Shown here: positions 28,872 through 38,246 of the stretch, in pieces
Layout of the letters: every line of letters begins with the position of its first letter
Position numbering within the stretch: position 1 is the stretch's first letter
Origin: Tolypothrix carrinoi HA7290-LM1
GTDB taxonomy: Bacteria; Cyanobacteriota; Cyanobacteriia; Cyanobacteriales; Nostocaceae
Direction: 5' to 3'
NCBI GenBank assembly: GCA_019358935.1
Contig: JAHHIK010000080.1
Location: 1-40,266, forward strand
Length of the DNA stretch: 40,266 nucleotides
Notes under the pieces: generated by a model
What the model was told of the DNA's origin: nothing
What the model saw: the letters and a program-made list of their open reading frames with translations, nothing else
The model's database searches: none
Made by a program: the position numbers and the translations under genes

Positions 28872-29049
28872 ATGGTGTGCTAAAAAGTTCTTTAATCAGA
28901 AGAACTCCCAAGTCAAAAATCGCTACTAAAATTACCACCACCATTGCTACAGATAAAAGTTTGGAAACTACTACCTCTATGCTTTCAATGTGGTGCATAA
29001 AGTTGTCATCTTTAGTAGATTCTACAATTCGCTTAAATAGCCTCCGCAT
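28868..29049 (-). pseudogene. 5' fragment of a second psiE-like gene fused to the narB fragment
   Basis: KDDNFMHHIESIEV...LLIKELF is nearly identical to 27770-27937, then switches to narB sequence at [12 protein letters not shown]. Confidence 0.92.
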
Positions 29050-29124
29050 CTACTGCACCCCCGTGTGAAATAAAAATAAAAAACAAAAAGATGCTTACAT
29101 GTTTGCCTGCGATTTTAATCGCTG

Positions 29125-29814
29125 TTACTTGGATTGAGAAAGTTTTGTGTTTGAAAAAAGCCGCGTTACTAATTCAGCACGAGATGAAACTTCAATCTTC
29201 CGAAATATCCGTTTTAAAGCTTGCTTAACAGAATTTTCTGTAATCCAAAGTGCTGTACCGATTTCAGCATTTGTTAGTCCTTGTGCTACTAGTTCGGCAA
29301 TTTCAATTTCACGCTGGGTTAAGCGATTAATCGCCAAAGAATTAAATTCTGTGGGTTGCGACCATAATGTTGCTAACTTGGTTGATAGATGCAGGCACAG
29401 CGCACTTAAATCGGCAAGATTGCGAAGATTAAAAGCAGAAGTACCTTGAGCGCGGGTAAAGCCAACTCCGCCAACAAGACGACCATTACTGACAATTGGT
29501 CCAGCCATCACATGTCCGTGGTCAAAGCGTGGGCATATAGTCTTCCAAATACCAGAAGGTAATAACAATTCTTCATGAACTGGAGCATGATGCTCAACTA
29601 AGTAGCACAAAACCGGATTATGTTCAACAGATAAAGCCAATTTCATCATGCCCGGAATATTTGTCTGGGTAAGGGGAAGCTCATTAAATAAAAAAAGCTT
29701 TGAACGTTGGGCAACAAAATACTCACCGACTTTAACCATAACGTGCAGTCGTAATTCTTGCTCATCACTAGCATGAGCTATTGCTTCAAATAAAGACTGC
29801 AAGGAATTTGTCAT
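29125..29814 (-). CDS. LuxR-family transcriptional regulator with N-terminal GAF-like sensor domain
   Basis: C-terminal LTQREIEIAELVAQGLTNAEIG..L.ITENSVK; N-terminal HNPV..HAPVHE..CPRFDHGHVM.GPIV; no receiver domain. Confidence 0.88.
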   Translation of the reverse strand: MTNSLQSLFEAIAHASDEQELRLHVMVKVGEYFVAQRSKLFLFNELPLTQTNIPGMMKLALSVEHNPVLCYLVEHHAPVHEELLLPSGIWKTICPRFDHGHVMAGPIVSNGRLVGGVGFTRAQGTSAFNLRNLADLSALCLHLSTKLATLWSQPTEFNSLAINRLTQREIEIAELVAQGLTNAEIGTALWITENSVKQALKRIFRKIEVSSRAELVTRLFSNTKLSQSK

Positions 29815-30108
29815 CGAAAATTATGGGTAGAAACCCTGTCCTTTGAGGACGGCTTTATAAATGAAGTGCTGGTTTTTTGAACGGATATAATCCCAGGAAC
29901 CAGCAAACCCGTTTTAGTCCCCTCGCCCACCTAATCCAGAATGGCTTGGCATTACCCAACGCTTAACCAATTAAGCTTAGAGTTAATCCGGTCTGGGGAA
30001 GCAACCGGAAGTCTGTACCAGAATTAGGCTCAACAGGGCTATTCACCGCTTGCGTTGTCCCGAATTGGTTCGCTCAATCCTCGTCCCTTTTAGGGCGAGG
30101 TTGGTGAA
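29815..30108 (-). mobile_element. Non-autonomous IS200/IS605-like mini element (IscB/IsrB type) with no ORF
   Basis: Terminal hairpins CCTCGCCCTAAAAGGGACGAGG and AAGCCGTCCTCAAAGGACAGGGTTT on the minus strand; followed immediately by ATGA. Confidence 0.78.
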
Positions 30109-30128
30109 TACTGCTGCCAAGAGTACTC
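29905..30128 (-). ncRNA. HEARO/omegaRNA scaffold with 5' guide from flanking DNA; both ends approximate
   Basis: Minus strand: TTCACC..hairpin..GGTGAATAG (long-range stem); ACTTCCGGTTGCTTCCCCAGACCGGA; GGGCGAGGGGAC, whose GGGGA can pair with TCCCC as a pseudoknot. Recognised from HEARO-type motifs. Confidence 0.75.
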
Positions 30129-30167
30129 GTTCGAGGACTAGCCGTTATAACTAACTGTTCTTAGTAT
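30122..30167 (+). promoter_or_regulatory. Candidate LuxR operator and -10 box for the DUF6220 gene
   Basis: Inverted repeat AGTACTCG-TT-CGAGGACT (30122-30139, 1 mismatch), 22 bp before TAGTAT (30162-30167). Confidence 0.5.
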
Positions 30168-30239
30168 AGATTTTGTTGCGATCAAAACATTGACCCAAAC
30201 ATCAGGCTTAGTCCTAATTTCCCCAAAGAATCATCAATC

Positions 30240-30737
30240 ATGACCATAGATTTTAAGTCTGATAGCGTGCAGCCATCTGTACGCAAGTTTCAAATTGGCT
30301 TTTATTGGGTAGCCACGCTTTTCAATCTCTGCCTGATTGCCCAAGTGTTGACGGTAGGACTAGCATTCTTTCACAACCCTGAGTGGTGGAACATTCATGT
30401 TTGGCTAGTACGCGGATACGGTGGATTGACAGCGATTCTGCTTTTATGGGTGTTCTTGATTGAATTTCCACGACGAGTGCAAAGCCTTACAGCTAGTATG
30501 GCAGTACTACTGGGACTGCAATTTCTCACAATTCACCTAAATTCGCCTTTTCCTTTAGCAGTACTCCACCCACTTATCGGATTCACGCTGTTCTCTGTTT
30601 CCACAACTTTAGTTCATCGGGTGCGGCAGATGCTGTTTGCATCAAATGCTGTTGATGCCTCAGACAATATACATAGTCATTACGCAAAATCACGTATAGA
30701 ACGAACCGCAGAGTCCGCAGAGAACACAGAAAAATAA
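30240..30737 (+). CDS. DUF6220-like membrane protein
   Basis: Four TM segments; CLIAQVLTVGLAFF..WW.IH, LGLQF, VLHPLIG. C-terminal tail runs into repeat-like DNA. Confidence 0.72.
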   Translation: MTIDFKSDSVQPSVRKFQIGFYWVATLFNLCLIAQVLTVGLAFFHNPEWWNIHVWLVRGYGGLTAILLLWVFLIEFPRRVQSLTASMAVLLGLQFLTIHLNSPFPLAVLHPLIGFTLFSVSTTLVHRVRQMLFASNAVDASDNIHSHYAKSRIERTAESAENTEK

Positions 30738-30788
30738 GAGTTTGGGAGAGTTTTTGCGTAAGTTTTAATACAATAAGGAGTTATTATC

Positions 30789-31616
30789 TTGAATTACGCT
30801 TATCCTGAAGTTTTGGTAGATACTCAATGGGTTGCTGAACATTTGAGCGATCGCAAAGTGCGTCTTATTCAAACCGATATGGATATCACTGCTTATAACT
30901 CTGGTCATATTCCAGGCGCCGTCTTCTGGAACGCATTTATCACCTTCATGCAACCCGATTACCGTTTCAATTTCGAATATAAGGCATTGTCAGAACTGCT
31001 TGCACGCTCAGGTATTGCAAATGATACAACCATCATTATTTATAGCAACCATAATGCTGGTGCTAATTGTGCCTTTTGGTTGCTAAAAGTATTCGGGCAT
31101 AACGATGTACGAATAATGAATGGTGGTCGCAAAAAATGGCTTGCTGAAAAACGCCCTCTTTCTACTGAAATCCCCACTATCACGCCAACAATATATACAG
31201 TGCAGAATTTCGATACAAGCATCCGAGCGCTGCCAGAGCAGGTGCAAGCAGCAATTAACACAGATTCAGTTTTAGTGGATGTACGTACACACCAAGAGTA
31301 TTGCGGTGAATTATTTCTGATGAACCCACCAGAAAAAACTCAGCGTGTCGGTCACATTCCCAGCGCAATTCATCTTTTTTATGAATTAGCTTTGAACGAA
31401 GATGATACTTTCAAATCAGCGGAAGAACTGTATGCTTTATACCACAGTAAGGGCATCACTCCTGATAAAGAAGTGATAACCTACTGTGCAGTTGGGGCAC
31501 GCTCTTCTCATACTTGGTTTGTCTTAAAGTATTTGCTGGGCTACGAAAATGTACGTAATTACGACGGTTCTTGGAATGAGTGGAGCAGATTACCCGACAC
31601 GCCAGTTGAGATTTGA
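30789..31616 (+). CDS. Two-domain sulfurtransferase (rhodanese/SseA family)
   Basis: LVDTQWV, GHIPGA, NGGRKKW, LVDVR, GHIPSA, active-site YCAVGARS, YDGSWNEWS; AAGGAG RBS 8 nt before the TTG start. Confidence 0.92.
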   Translation: MNYAYPEVLVDTQWVAEHLSDRKVRLIQTDMDITAYNSGHIPGAVFWNAFITFMQPDYRFNFEYKALSELLARSGIANDTTIIIYSNHNAGANCAFWLLKVFGHNDVRIMNGGRKKWLAEKRPLSTEIPTITPTIYTVQNFDTSIRALPEQVQAAINTDSVLVDVRTHQEYCGELFLMNPPEKTQRVGHIPSAIHLFYELALNEDDTFKSAEELYALYHSKGITPDKEVITYCAVGARSSHTWFVLKYLLGYENVRNYDGSWNEWSRLPDTPVEI

Positions 31617-31634
31617 GAGTGTTTTGTGGGTGCT

Positions 31635-33974
31635 TTAAGTAACAACTCCACTAGTTAATGACACTTGGTTAGGCAATTCGGTATTAAGAGCAATTGGCAC
31701 TAGTTGTACCGCACAAGCTTTTAATTCTGGTTGGAGTGAGTCGGGACAAGATTGTGGATGAGTGAGAGCGTTTGCTTCGGAATTTTCTGCCCACAGCGCA
31801 CCCCAATGCATGGGAACAAAGACTGTACCGGGTGCGATCGCTCTGGTAATTTTAGCAGGAAACTTGGATTTACCGCGACGCGATCGCACTTCCACCCACT
31901 CCGAATCTGTAATATTCAACTGTGCTGCATCACGGGGATGAATCTCAATAAACGGTTGCGGATGCATCGAGCGAATCTTTTCAATCCGACCGGTGCGGGT
32001 TTGAGTGTGCCAATGTCCGTAAAGTCTCCCAGTTGTCAGCACAAAGGGATAATCGGGATCGGGTGGTTCTGCTAGTCCTCGTGAATGATATGCGCCAAAT
32101 CGAGCGCGTCCATCTGGGGTGTGAAAGCGAAAATCGGTGTAGAGTCTTTTGGAGTTAGGTAGAGACGTTCCATCGGAACGTCTGTACAAAAGTGAGGAGT
32201 TAGGAGTTGAAGAATTTAATTCATAACTTCTAACTCCTAACTCATAACTTTCTTCTCCCCCTTCTTCTTCAAAGCTGAGAACACCTGTATCAGAATCGAT
32301 AAATATCGGCTCAGGTTTCTTTTCTGGATGGGGCCATTGAGTCGCACCTTCGGCTTGTAATTGCTCGTGACTGATACCTGTCATATCGCAGGGACGATTG
32401 GAAGTCAGTTGCACAAACTCAGTATATACTTCAGCGGAGTTTGTAAAAGAAAATTCTTTCTCAAAACCTAATCGCCGACCAACTTCGGCAAAAATTTCCC
32501 AATCTGCTTTCGCTTCTCCTAGCGGTGGGCGGAATGCTTGAGATAAGGTGACTACTCGTTCGGAGTTTGTCATCACGCCGGTTTTTTCACCCCATTGTGC
32601 TGCTGGTAACAAAACGTGAGCGTAAGCAGCGGTTTCTGTGGGATAGTAGGCGTCTTGATAGATTGTAAAAGGCGATCGCCACAATGCTTTTTTTGTCCGC
32701 TCCAAATCTGGCATACTCACAGCCGGATTAGTCGCGGCAATCCACAGTAACCCGACGTTGCCATTTTCTAACTCAGTAATCATATCCCACGCCGACAAAC
32801 CGGGGTTGGGGGAAATTTGCCCTGGTTTCAGTCCCCAAAATTCCTCAACTTCCGCTCGCTGCTGGGGATTTTTCACCGTGCGATAACCGGGTAACAGATG
32901 CGCTAAACCTCCAGCTTCTCGTCCTCCCATCGCGTTTGGCTGACCGGTCAAGGAAAAAGGTCCTGCCCCAGGCTTACCTATTTGTCCGGTCATTAAGTGC
33001 AAATTTATGATGGTTCTGACTTTAGCCGTACCTTCCGATGATTGATTTACACCCATTGACCACATCGATAGCACCCGCTGTGATTCACCCCAGTAGCGAG
33101 CTGCTGTTTCTAAATCTTCAACGCTGATACCGCATCGATGGGCTACCACGTCTGGGGAATAATGGCGAATCACCTCAGCGTATGCAGGAAAGTTGCTGGT
33201 ACAGTCTTCGATGAACGCGGGATCGATGTAATTCCAGCGCATCAATAAGTGAGCGATACCATTTAACAAGTCGATATCTGTACCAGGACGAATCGCTAAA
33301 TGTAAATCTGCGGCTTCTGCGGTTGGTGTGCGTCGGGGATCGACGACAATCATTTTCACTTTGCGATTCTTTTTGTGGTACTTCTCCAATCGGTTGAAAA
33401 TGATCGGGTGACATTCAGCCGTATTCGTGCCAATTAAAAAGGCACAGTCGGTTAACTCCAAGTCATCGTAGCAGCAGGGCGGACCATCCGCACCAAAGCT
33501 TTGAATGTAGCCAGCTACAGCACTAGACATGCATAAGCGAGAGTTGGCATCAAAGTTGTTTGTACCCAAGCAGCCTTTCATCAGTTTCTGAGCGATGTAG
33601 TAGTCCTCAGTTTGAAACTGACCGGAACCGTACATGCATAAAGCTTCTGGTCCTTGGGTAAAGCGCACAGTTTGAATGCGCTTGGTGATGAGATCAAAAG
33701 CTTCATCCCAAGTAGCGCGGCGAAACTCCTGTTCTAAGGAGTCTCGTACCATTGGGTAGCGCAATCTATTTTTATCTAAAGATTCGGCGATCGTTGCGCC
33801 TTTGACACACACCATACCTTGACTTGATGGATGCGCTTTATCCCCCCGCACCCGCCAAATTGGAGTTCCTTGGCTATCTCGATTAGTCGGTTTGCCATGT
33901 TGCGCTGGGGGCGAGACTTCTAGTCCACAGCCGACACCACAGTAAGGACAGACGGTTTTGGTAATTTCAGTCAT
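31635..33974 (-). CDS. narB: Ferredoxin-nitrate reductase
   Basis: [12 protein letters not shown] [4Fe-4S] motif, [41 protein letters not shown]. Confidence 0.97.
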   Translation of the reverse strand: MTEITKTVCPYCGVGCGLEVSPPAQHGKPTNRDSQGTPIWRVRGDKAHPSSQGMVCVKGATIAESLDKNRLRYPMVRDSLEQEFRRATWDEAFDLITKRIQTVRFTQGPEALCMYGSGQFQTEDYYIAQKLMKGCLGTNNFDANSRLCMSSAVAGYIQSFGADGPPCCYDDLELTDCAFLIGTNTAECHPIIFNRLEKYHKKNRKVKMIVVDPRRTPTAEAADLHLAIRPGTDIDLLNGIAHLLMRWNYIDPAFIEDCTSNFPAYAEVIRHYSPDVVAHRCGISVEDLETAARYWGESQRVLSMWSMGVNQSSEGTAKVRTIINLHLMTGQIGKPGAGPFSLTGQPNAMGGREAGGLAHLLPGYRTVKNPQQRAEVEEFWGLKPGQISPNPGLSAWDMITELENGNVGLLWIAATNPAVSMPDLERTKKALWRSPFTIYQDAYYPTETAAYAHVLLPAAQWGEKTGVMTNSERVVTLSQAFRPPLGEAKADWEIFAEVGRRLGFEKEFSFTNSAEVYTEFVQLTSNRPCDMTGISHEQLQAEGATQWPHPEKKPEPIFIDSDTGVLSFEEEGGEESYELGVRSYELNSSTPNSSLLYRRSDGTSLPNSKRLYTDFRFHTPDGRARFGAYHSRGLAEPPDPDYPFVLTTGRLYGHWHTQTRTGRIEKIRSMHPQPFIEIHPRDAAQLNITDSEWVEVRSRRGKSKFPAKITRAIAPGTVFVPMHWGALWAENSEANALTHPQSCPDSLQPELKACAVQLVPIALNTELPNQVSLTSGVVT

Positions 33975-34419
33975 GGCGTTTGCACCGTTTTTACCGATTG
34001 TCTAAATGTTGAACAAGGTTTGTAGAGACATAATTAAAAGCAAATAACTGTGTTTCCAAACCTTTGATATTTAATTCGCATCCGAGAAAATCTGATGGTT
34101 TCTGTTAAGAAAATTTCTCAAATTTGCTTGAAAAACTTTCGGAAGTTTTATCAATAGTATTTTTACCCATTGAATATCAATTACAACAAATAAAATGTGT
34201 TGTCTGATACTTTTTATTCATTTATTTTTCGATTTTTTGTTATGTAATTTTGACAATTTCATAACTAAATTTCAACAGAAAAATACAACATTGAACCGCA
34301 GATAAACATAGATACACACAGTTTGATTTTCTGTGTGTATCTCAGGTGTGATTTTTAGGAGTTTATTAGTAGTAATCCAAACCCAACTAACTACTAACTA
34401 ATACCTACTATCTCGCATC

Positions 34420-35922
34420 TTATTCTTCCGCTAAAATAGGAGCTTTTTTGGTTGCAATTTCTGGTGATTCACCTTCGTAAGCGCCAGCAAAAGAGCCTTT
34501 GGGTTCTTTGAGGAAAAAGGCACACATAAAGGCGCAGATTAAAGCAGCTATACCCATTGTGGCAAAGAGTGTTGGTGGATTGGTTAAGCTGTAGATTGTT
34601 AGATAAACCACACCGCCGAAGTTACCGTAAGCGCCGACATTACCGGCAATTTGTCCTGTGGATTCTTTCTTAATTAAAGGTACGATACCGTAAGTTGCAC
34701 CGCAGCCAGCTTGAGCAAAGTAAGCAGCTAATACTGTGACAGCGATCGCCAACGGAAGAGACCAGTTTTTGTTAATAAAATGTGCCAGCAAATAACTGAC
34801 ACCAATACTAACGCTGATAATTGTCATTGTCCATTTACGAGAGCCAAATTTATCAGAAATTAAGCCACCGCTAGGACGAGAAATTAAGTTCATGAAGGGA
34901 TAGATAGAAGCAATCATCCCCGCTACCACATGCTCTAAACCAAAGGTTCTTTCAAAAAACGCCGGCAGCATGGAAACCGCCGCAAGTTCAGAACCAAAGT
35001 TAGTTATGTAAGTGAATTCGAGTAAAGCTACTTGACCAAATTGATAGCGTTCTGAAGGAGCGTAAGTTTTTTTACCAGTTAACAGTTCTCGGTTGACTTT
35101 ATAAGCTTGGTAGCTTTGGTAAGCAAATAATCCGGCTAACAACACCCAAACCAAATACATTTGGCTGAGAGTTAAAAAGTGAATGTTCTTTTGTTCTAAA
35201 CGCCAAGCTAATAAACCTAAAGCGAAAATCAAACCAAAGTTTGAGACAATCATCGCCCAGAAACTTTTGACACTGGTTACTTCCAAAGAACCATTTTTCT
35301 TAGGACGCTTGTAAGTTTTGCCAGGAGGTGTATCTTGAACGGTGTTGAAATAAATTACACCGTAAATCGCAGAAATAATACCTGTAAGAGCGATCGCCAA
35401 ACGCCAATTAGAAGCACCACCAGTCATAAAGCTAGCTGCAACCGCAATCAGGGGTAGGGTAAACTCAGCCCCGAAAGCCCCAAAGTTGCCCCAACCGCCA
35501 TAAATGCCTTGGGCTATGCCGATATCTTTCGGGGGAAACCATTCCGCTACCATGCGAATACCGACGACAAACCCAGCACCGACAATTCCCATCAGCAAAC
35601 GACTGATAACCAAGTGGTTAAAGTTTTGCGACAGCGCTGTAGCCATACAGGGAACCACAGCAAACATCAGCAGCATTGAGTAAGTTTTTCTCGGACCAAA
35701 ACGATCCAGAAGCATCCCAATGATAATCCGCGCCGGAATTGTCAGCGCCAAGTTGCAAATACCCAAAGTTTTAATTTGTTCGGGCGCTAATTGTAGCTGC
35801 TTACCAATGGTTGTTGCAAAGGGAGCAAAGTTAAACCAACAAACGAAGGTGAGAAAGAAGGCAAACCAAGTCTGATGTAAGATGCGGTAGCGACCGGTAA
35901 ATGAAAGTAAACCTTTGAGCAT
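34420..35922 (-). CDS. nrtP: MFS nitrate/nitrite transporter (NarK/NrtP family)
   Basis: FFLTFVCWFNFAP, GGWGNFG nitrate signature, NFGSELAAVSMLP, GAYGNFG; lies between nirA and narB. Start at ATG 35922. Confidence 0.93.
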   Translation of the reverse strand: MLKGLLSFTGRYRILHQTWFAFFLTFVCWFNFAPFATTIGKQLQLAPEQIKTLGICNLALTIPARIIIGMLLDRFGPRKTYSMLLMFAVVPCMATALSQNFNHLVISRLLMGIVGAGFVVGIRMVAEWFPPKDIGIAQGIYGGWGNFGAFGAEFTLPLIAVAASFMTGGASNWRLAIALTGIISAIYGVIYFNTVQDTPPGKTYKRPKKNGSLEVTSVKSFWAMIVSNFGLIFALGLLAWRLEQKNIHFLTLSQMYLVWVLLAGLFAYQSYQAYKVNRELLTGKKTYAPSERYQFGQVALLEFTYITNFGSELAAVSMLPAFFERTFGLEHVVAGMIASIYPFMNLISRPSGGLISDKFGSRKWTMTIISVSIGVSYLLAHFINKNWSLPLAIAVTVLAAYFAQAGCGATYGIVPLIKKESTGQIAGNVGAYGNFGGVVYLTIYSLTNPPTLFATMGIAALICAFMCAFFLKEPKGSFAGAYEGESPEIATKKAPILAEE

Positions 35923-35997
35923 TATTAAAAAACCTTCAGTAAAAAACCGAAAAATTGCACAAAGAAACCTGTGGACAATTATGTAATTGACCAAATT

Positions 35998-36218
35998 GGT
36001 TGATAGTTGTTAGTTGTTAGTTGTTAGTTGATAGTTGATAGTTGTTAGTTGTTAGTTGATAGTTGATAGTTGTTAGTTGTTAGTTGATAGTTGATAGTTG
36101 TTAGTTGTCACACATTATTCTTAACTCCTAACTTTTAGTACAGACGTTCAGTCCGGAACGTCTCTACAACTCCTAACTCCTAACTCCTAACTCCTAACTT
36201 TTAACCACTATCCACTAA
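35998..36218. repeat. STRR arrays (TAGTTGT/TAGTTGA)n and (AACTCCT)n with a REP-like palindrome
   Basis: Directly visible heptamer arrays; palindrome at 36138-36167. Confidence 0.9.
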
Positions 36219-37886
36219 CTAATAACTAATGACTGCTTCTTTTGCGCGTGCGCCGAAGTTTTCTATTAGCAGTTGGCGCAATACTGGCTGTAAGTCTTCG
36301 CAGGGTATGCCTTTAGTGACACAAGTTCCTAAATGTGCGTCTTTACCAACTTTGCCGCCCATATAAATGTCAACTCCTTCTACAGGTTTGCCATTTTTAC
36401 GTGCTTTAGTTCCCATTAAGCCGATGTCTGCAACTTGCGGCTGTCCGCAGGAGTTAGGACAACCTGTCCAGTGAATGCGTACAGGGTTAGTAAATGTTAA
36501 CTCGCTTTCTAAGGCTTTAATCATCGCCAAGGCGCGGTTTTTGGTTTCGATGAGGGCAAAGTTGCAAAATTGTGCGCCTGTACAAGAAACTAGCGATCGC
36601 GTTAGCGTATTAGGCTCAATTTTAAATCTTTCTAACAATGCCTCTGTTAAAAATGTTGCCAATCTTGTATCAGCAATATTGGGGATAATCACGTTTTGTT
36701 CAACCGTCAAGCGGATTTCACTGCTGCCGTAAACTTCTGCCAGACGTGCGATTTCAAACATATCGTCAGCAAACAAGCGACCGACGGGAACGTTTAACCC
36801 TACGTAGTTTAATCCGGGTTGCTTTTGTTTGTATACGCCGATATGGTCGCGTTTTTCCCAGTCGATTTCGTCTTTTGCGGCTGCGCTTATTAATGACTTA
36901 CCCAAACGGTTTTCAACTTCTAAGCGGAATTTATCTAAACCCCATTCATCAATTAGCCACATTAGACGGGATTTTTGACGATTGGCGCGTAAACCGCGAT
37001 CGCGAAAAACTTCCAAAATGGCTCTACATACAGCGACTACATCTTCTGGTGGCACCCAAGCATTTAAGGGAATCGCTGCATCACAGCGTTTAGCAGAGAA
37101 AAAGCCACCAACAAGGACATTGAAGCCAAAGATTGGGGATGAGGGAGAGGGGGAGGGGGAGGACAAGGGAGAGGGGGAGGACAAGGGAGCAGTTTCCTCC
37201 TTGTCCCCATGTCCCCCTTGTCCCCCATGTCCTCCTTGTCCTCCTTGTCCTACTTCCCGAAAAGCGGGGACGAAAGCCAAATCGTTAATTTCCGCATGAA
37301 CTGAGTTATCGCGTCCAGCGGTGATGGCGATGTTAAACTTGCGCGGCAGGTTGGTAAACTCTGAGTTACCAACGCCATTGTTGGTAATCATGTCTTGAAT
37401 TTGCTGTACCAACTCTCGCGTGTCAAACAACTCATCCGCATCTAATCCAGCTACGGGATCGCCTGTGATGTTGCGAACGTTGTCCATTCCTGACTGCACG
37501 CTGGTTAAGCCAACAGCCTCAAATTTATTAAAGATATCTGGTAAATCTTCAATGCGGATGCCCCGCAATTGGATATTCTGTCTGGTAGTGATGTCAGCGT
37601 AGCCGTCTTCGCCGTAGCGCTGCACTACTTCAGCTAACACACGCATTTGATGAGAAGTAAGAATACCGTTAGGCATCCGCAACCGCATCATAAACTTGCC
37701 GGGAGTGACTGGGCGAAAGAACACACCCACCCACTTTAGCCGATGGTCGCGGTCGGTTTCGTCCATTGCTTCCCAACCCAAGGAGGCAAATTTTTCGATT
37801 TCCGCTTTAACTAAGAGTCCATCTTTTTCTGCTTTGAATTTCTCGAACTTGTTTAAGCTGGGTGTGGTAGTTGCTGTGTCTGTCAT
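36219..37886 (-). CDS. nirA: Ferredoxin-nitrite reductase
   Basis: LNKFEKFKAEKDG, TTRQNIQLRG, SGMDNVRN, LPRKFN, siroheme/Fe-S ligands CTGAQFC and GCPNSC. Confidence 0.97.
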   Translation of the reverse strand: MTDTATTTPSLNKFEKFKAEKDGLLVKAEIEKFASLGWEAMDETDRDHRLKWVGVFFRPVTPGKFMMRLRMPNGILTSHQMRVLAEVVQRYGEDGYADITTRQNIQLRGIRIEDLPDIFNKFEAVGLTSVQSGMDNVRNITGDPVAGLDADELFDTRELVQQIQDMITNNGVGNSEFTNLPRKFNIAITAGRDNSVHAEINDLAFVPAFREVGQGGQGGHGGQGGHGDKEETAPLSSPSPLSSPSPSPSSPIFGFNVLVGGFFSAKRCDAAIPLNAWVPPEDVVAVCRAILEVFRDRGLRANRQKSRLMWLIDEWGLDKFRLEVENRLGKSLISAAAKDEIDWEKRDHIGVYKQKQPGLNYVGLNVPVGRLFADDMFEIARLAEVYGSSEIRLTVEQNVIIPNIADTRLATFLTEALLERFKIEPNTLTRSLVSCTGAQFCNFALIETKNRALAMIKALESELTFTNPVRIHWTGCPNSCGQPQVADIGLMGTKARKNGKPVEGVDIYMGGKVGKDAHLGTCVTKGIPCEDLQPVLRQLLIENFGARAKEAVISY

Positions 37887-38053
37887 GAGTTGACTTCCGT
37901 TGCTTTGTTTCTAACTTCGCGTTTGAATATCTGAATGTAGTTTTATCGGTTTGTGGATCTACGATTTTTTTAAAGTAAATTTTTGAGCGAGACTTGAAAG
38001 TAAATTTGTTAAAGCTGTTTTCGCTCCTTCATTTAACGATTTGCTTACTACTA

Positions 38054-38095
38054 AGGTTAAGGTTGGATGAATCTAAAAATCGTATAAATAGCTAC
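38054..38095 (-). promoter_or_regulatory. Class II NtcA-activated nir operon promoter
   Basis: Minus strand GTAGCTATTTATAC (GTA-N8-TAC, 38095-38082), 22-nt spacer, then TAACCT (TAN3T, 38059-38054). Confidence 0.9.
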
Positions 38096-38130
38096 GAAAT
38101 TTTGGTAAAATTTAGGAAAAGGTATCAAAC

Positions 38131-38169
38131 TGATGCTGAAAAAGTATCAAAATGATGCATTTTCTGCAT
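38131..38169. promoter_or_regulatory. Tandem NtcB (LysR)-type AT-N11-AT sites
   Basis: ATGCTGAAAAAGTAT (38133-38147), centred about 93 bp upstream of the predicted TSS near 38047, and ATGCATTTTCTGCAT (38155-38169). Confidence 0.65.
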
Positions 38170-38246
38170 GAAACAAATTTGATACGAGCGATCGCATTTC
38201 ATTAATAGAATAGAGCTTGCTACTAACAACCAAGAACCAATTAATT

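Noticed and set aside
29815..30108. omegaRNA partner for the IS607 TnpB in this window
   Set aside because: The scaffold is IscB/IsrB type (5' guide, 3' TAM); TnpB uses a different RNA from its own right end.
34169..34210. Internal NtcA promoter for narB (GTATCAGACAACAC on minus)
   Set aside because: Imperfect site, and no TAN3T box at the 22-nt spacing.
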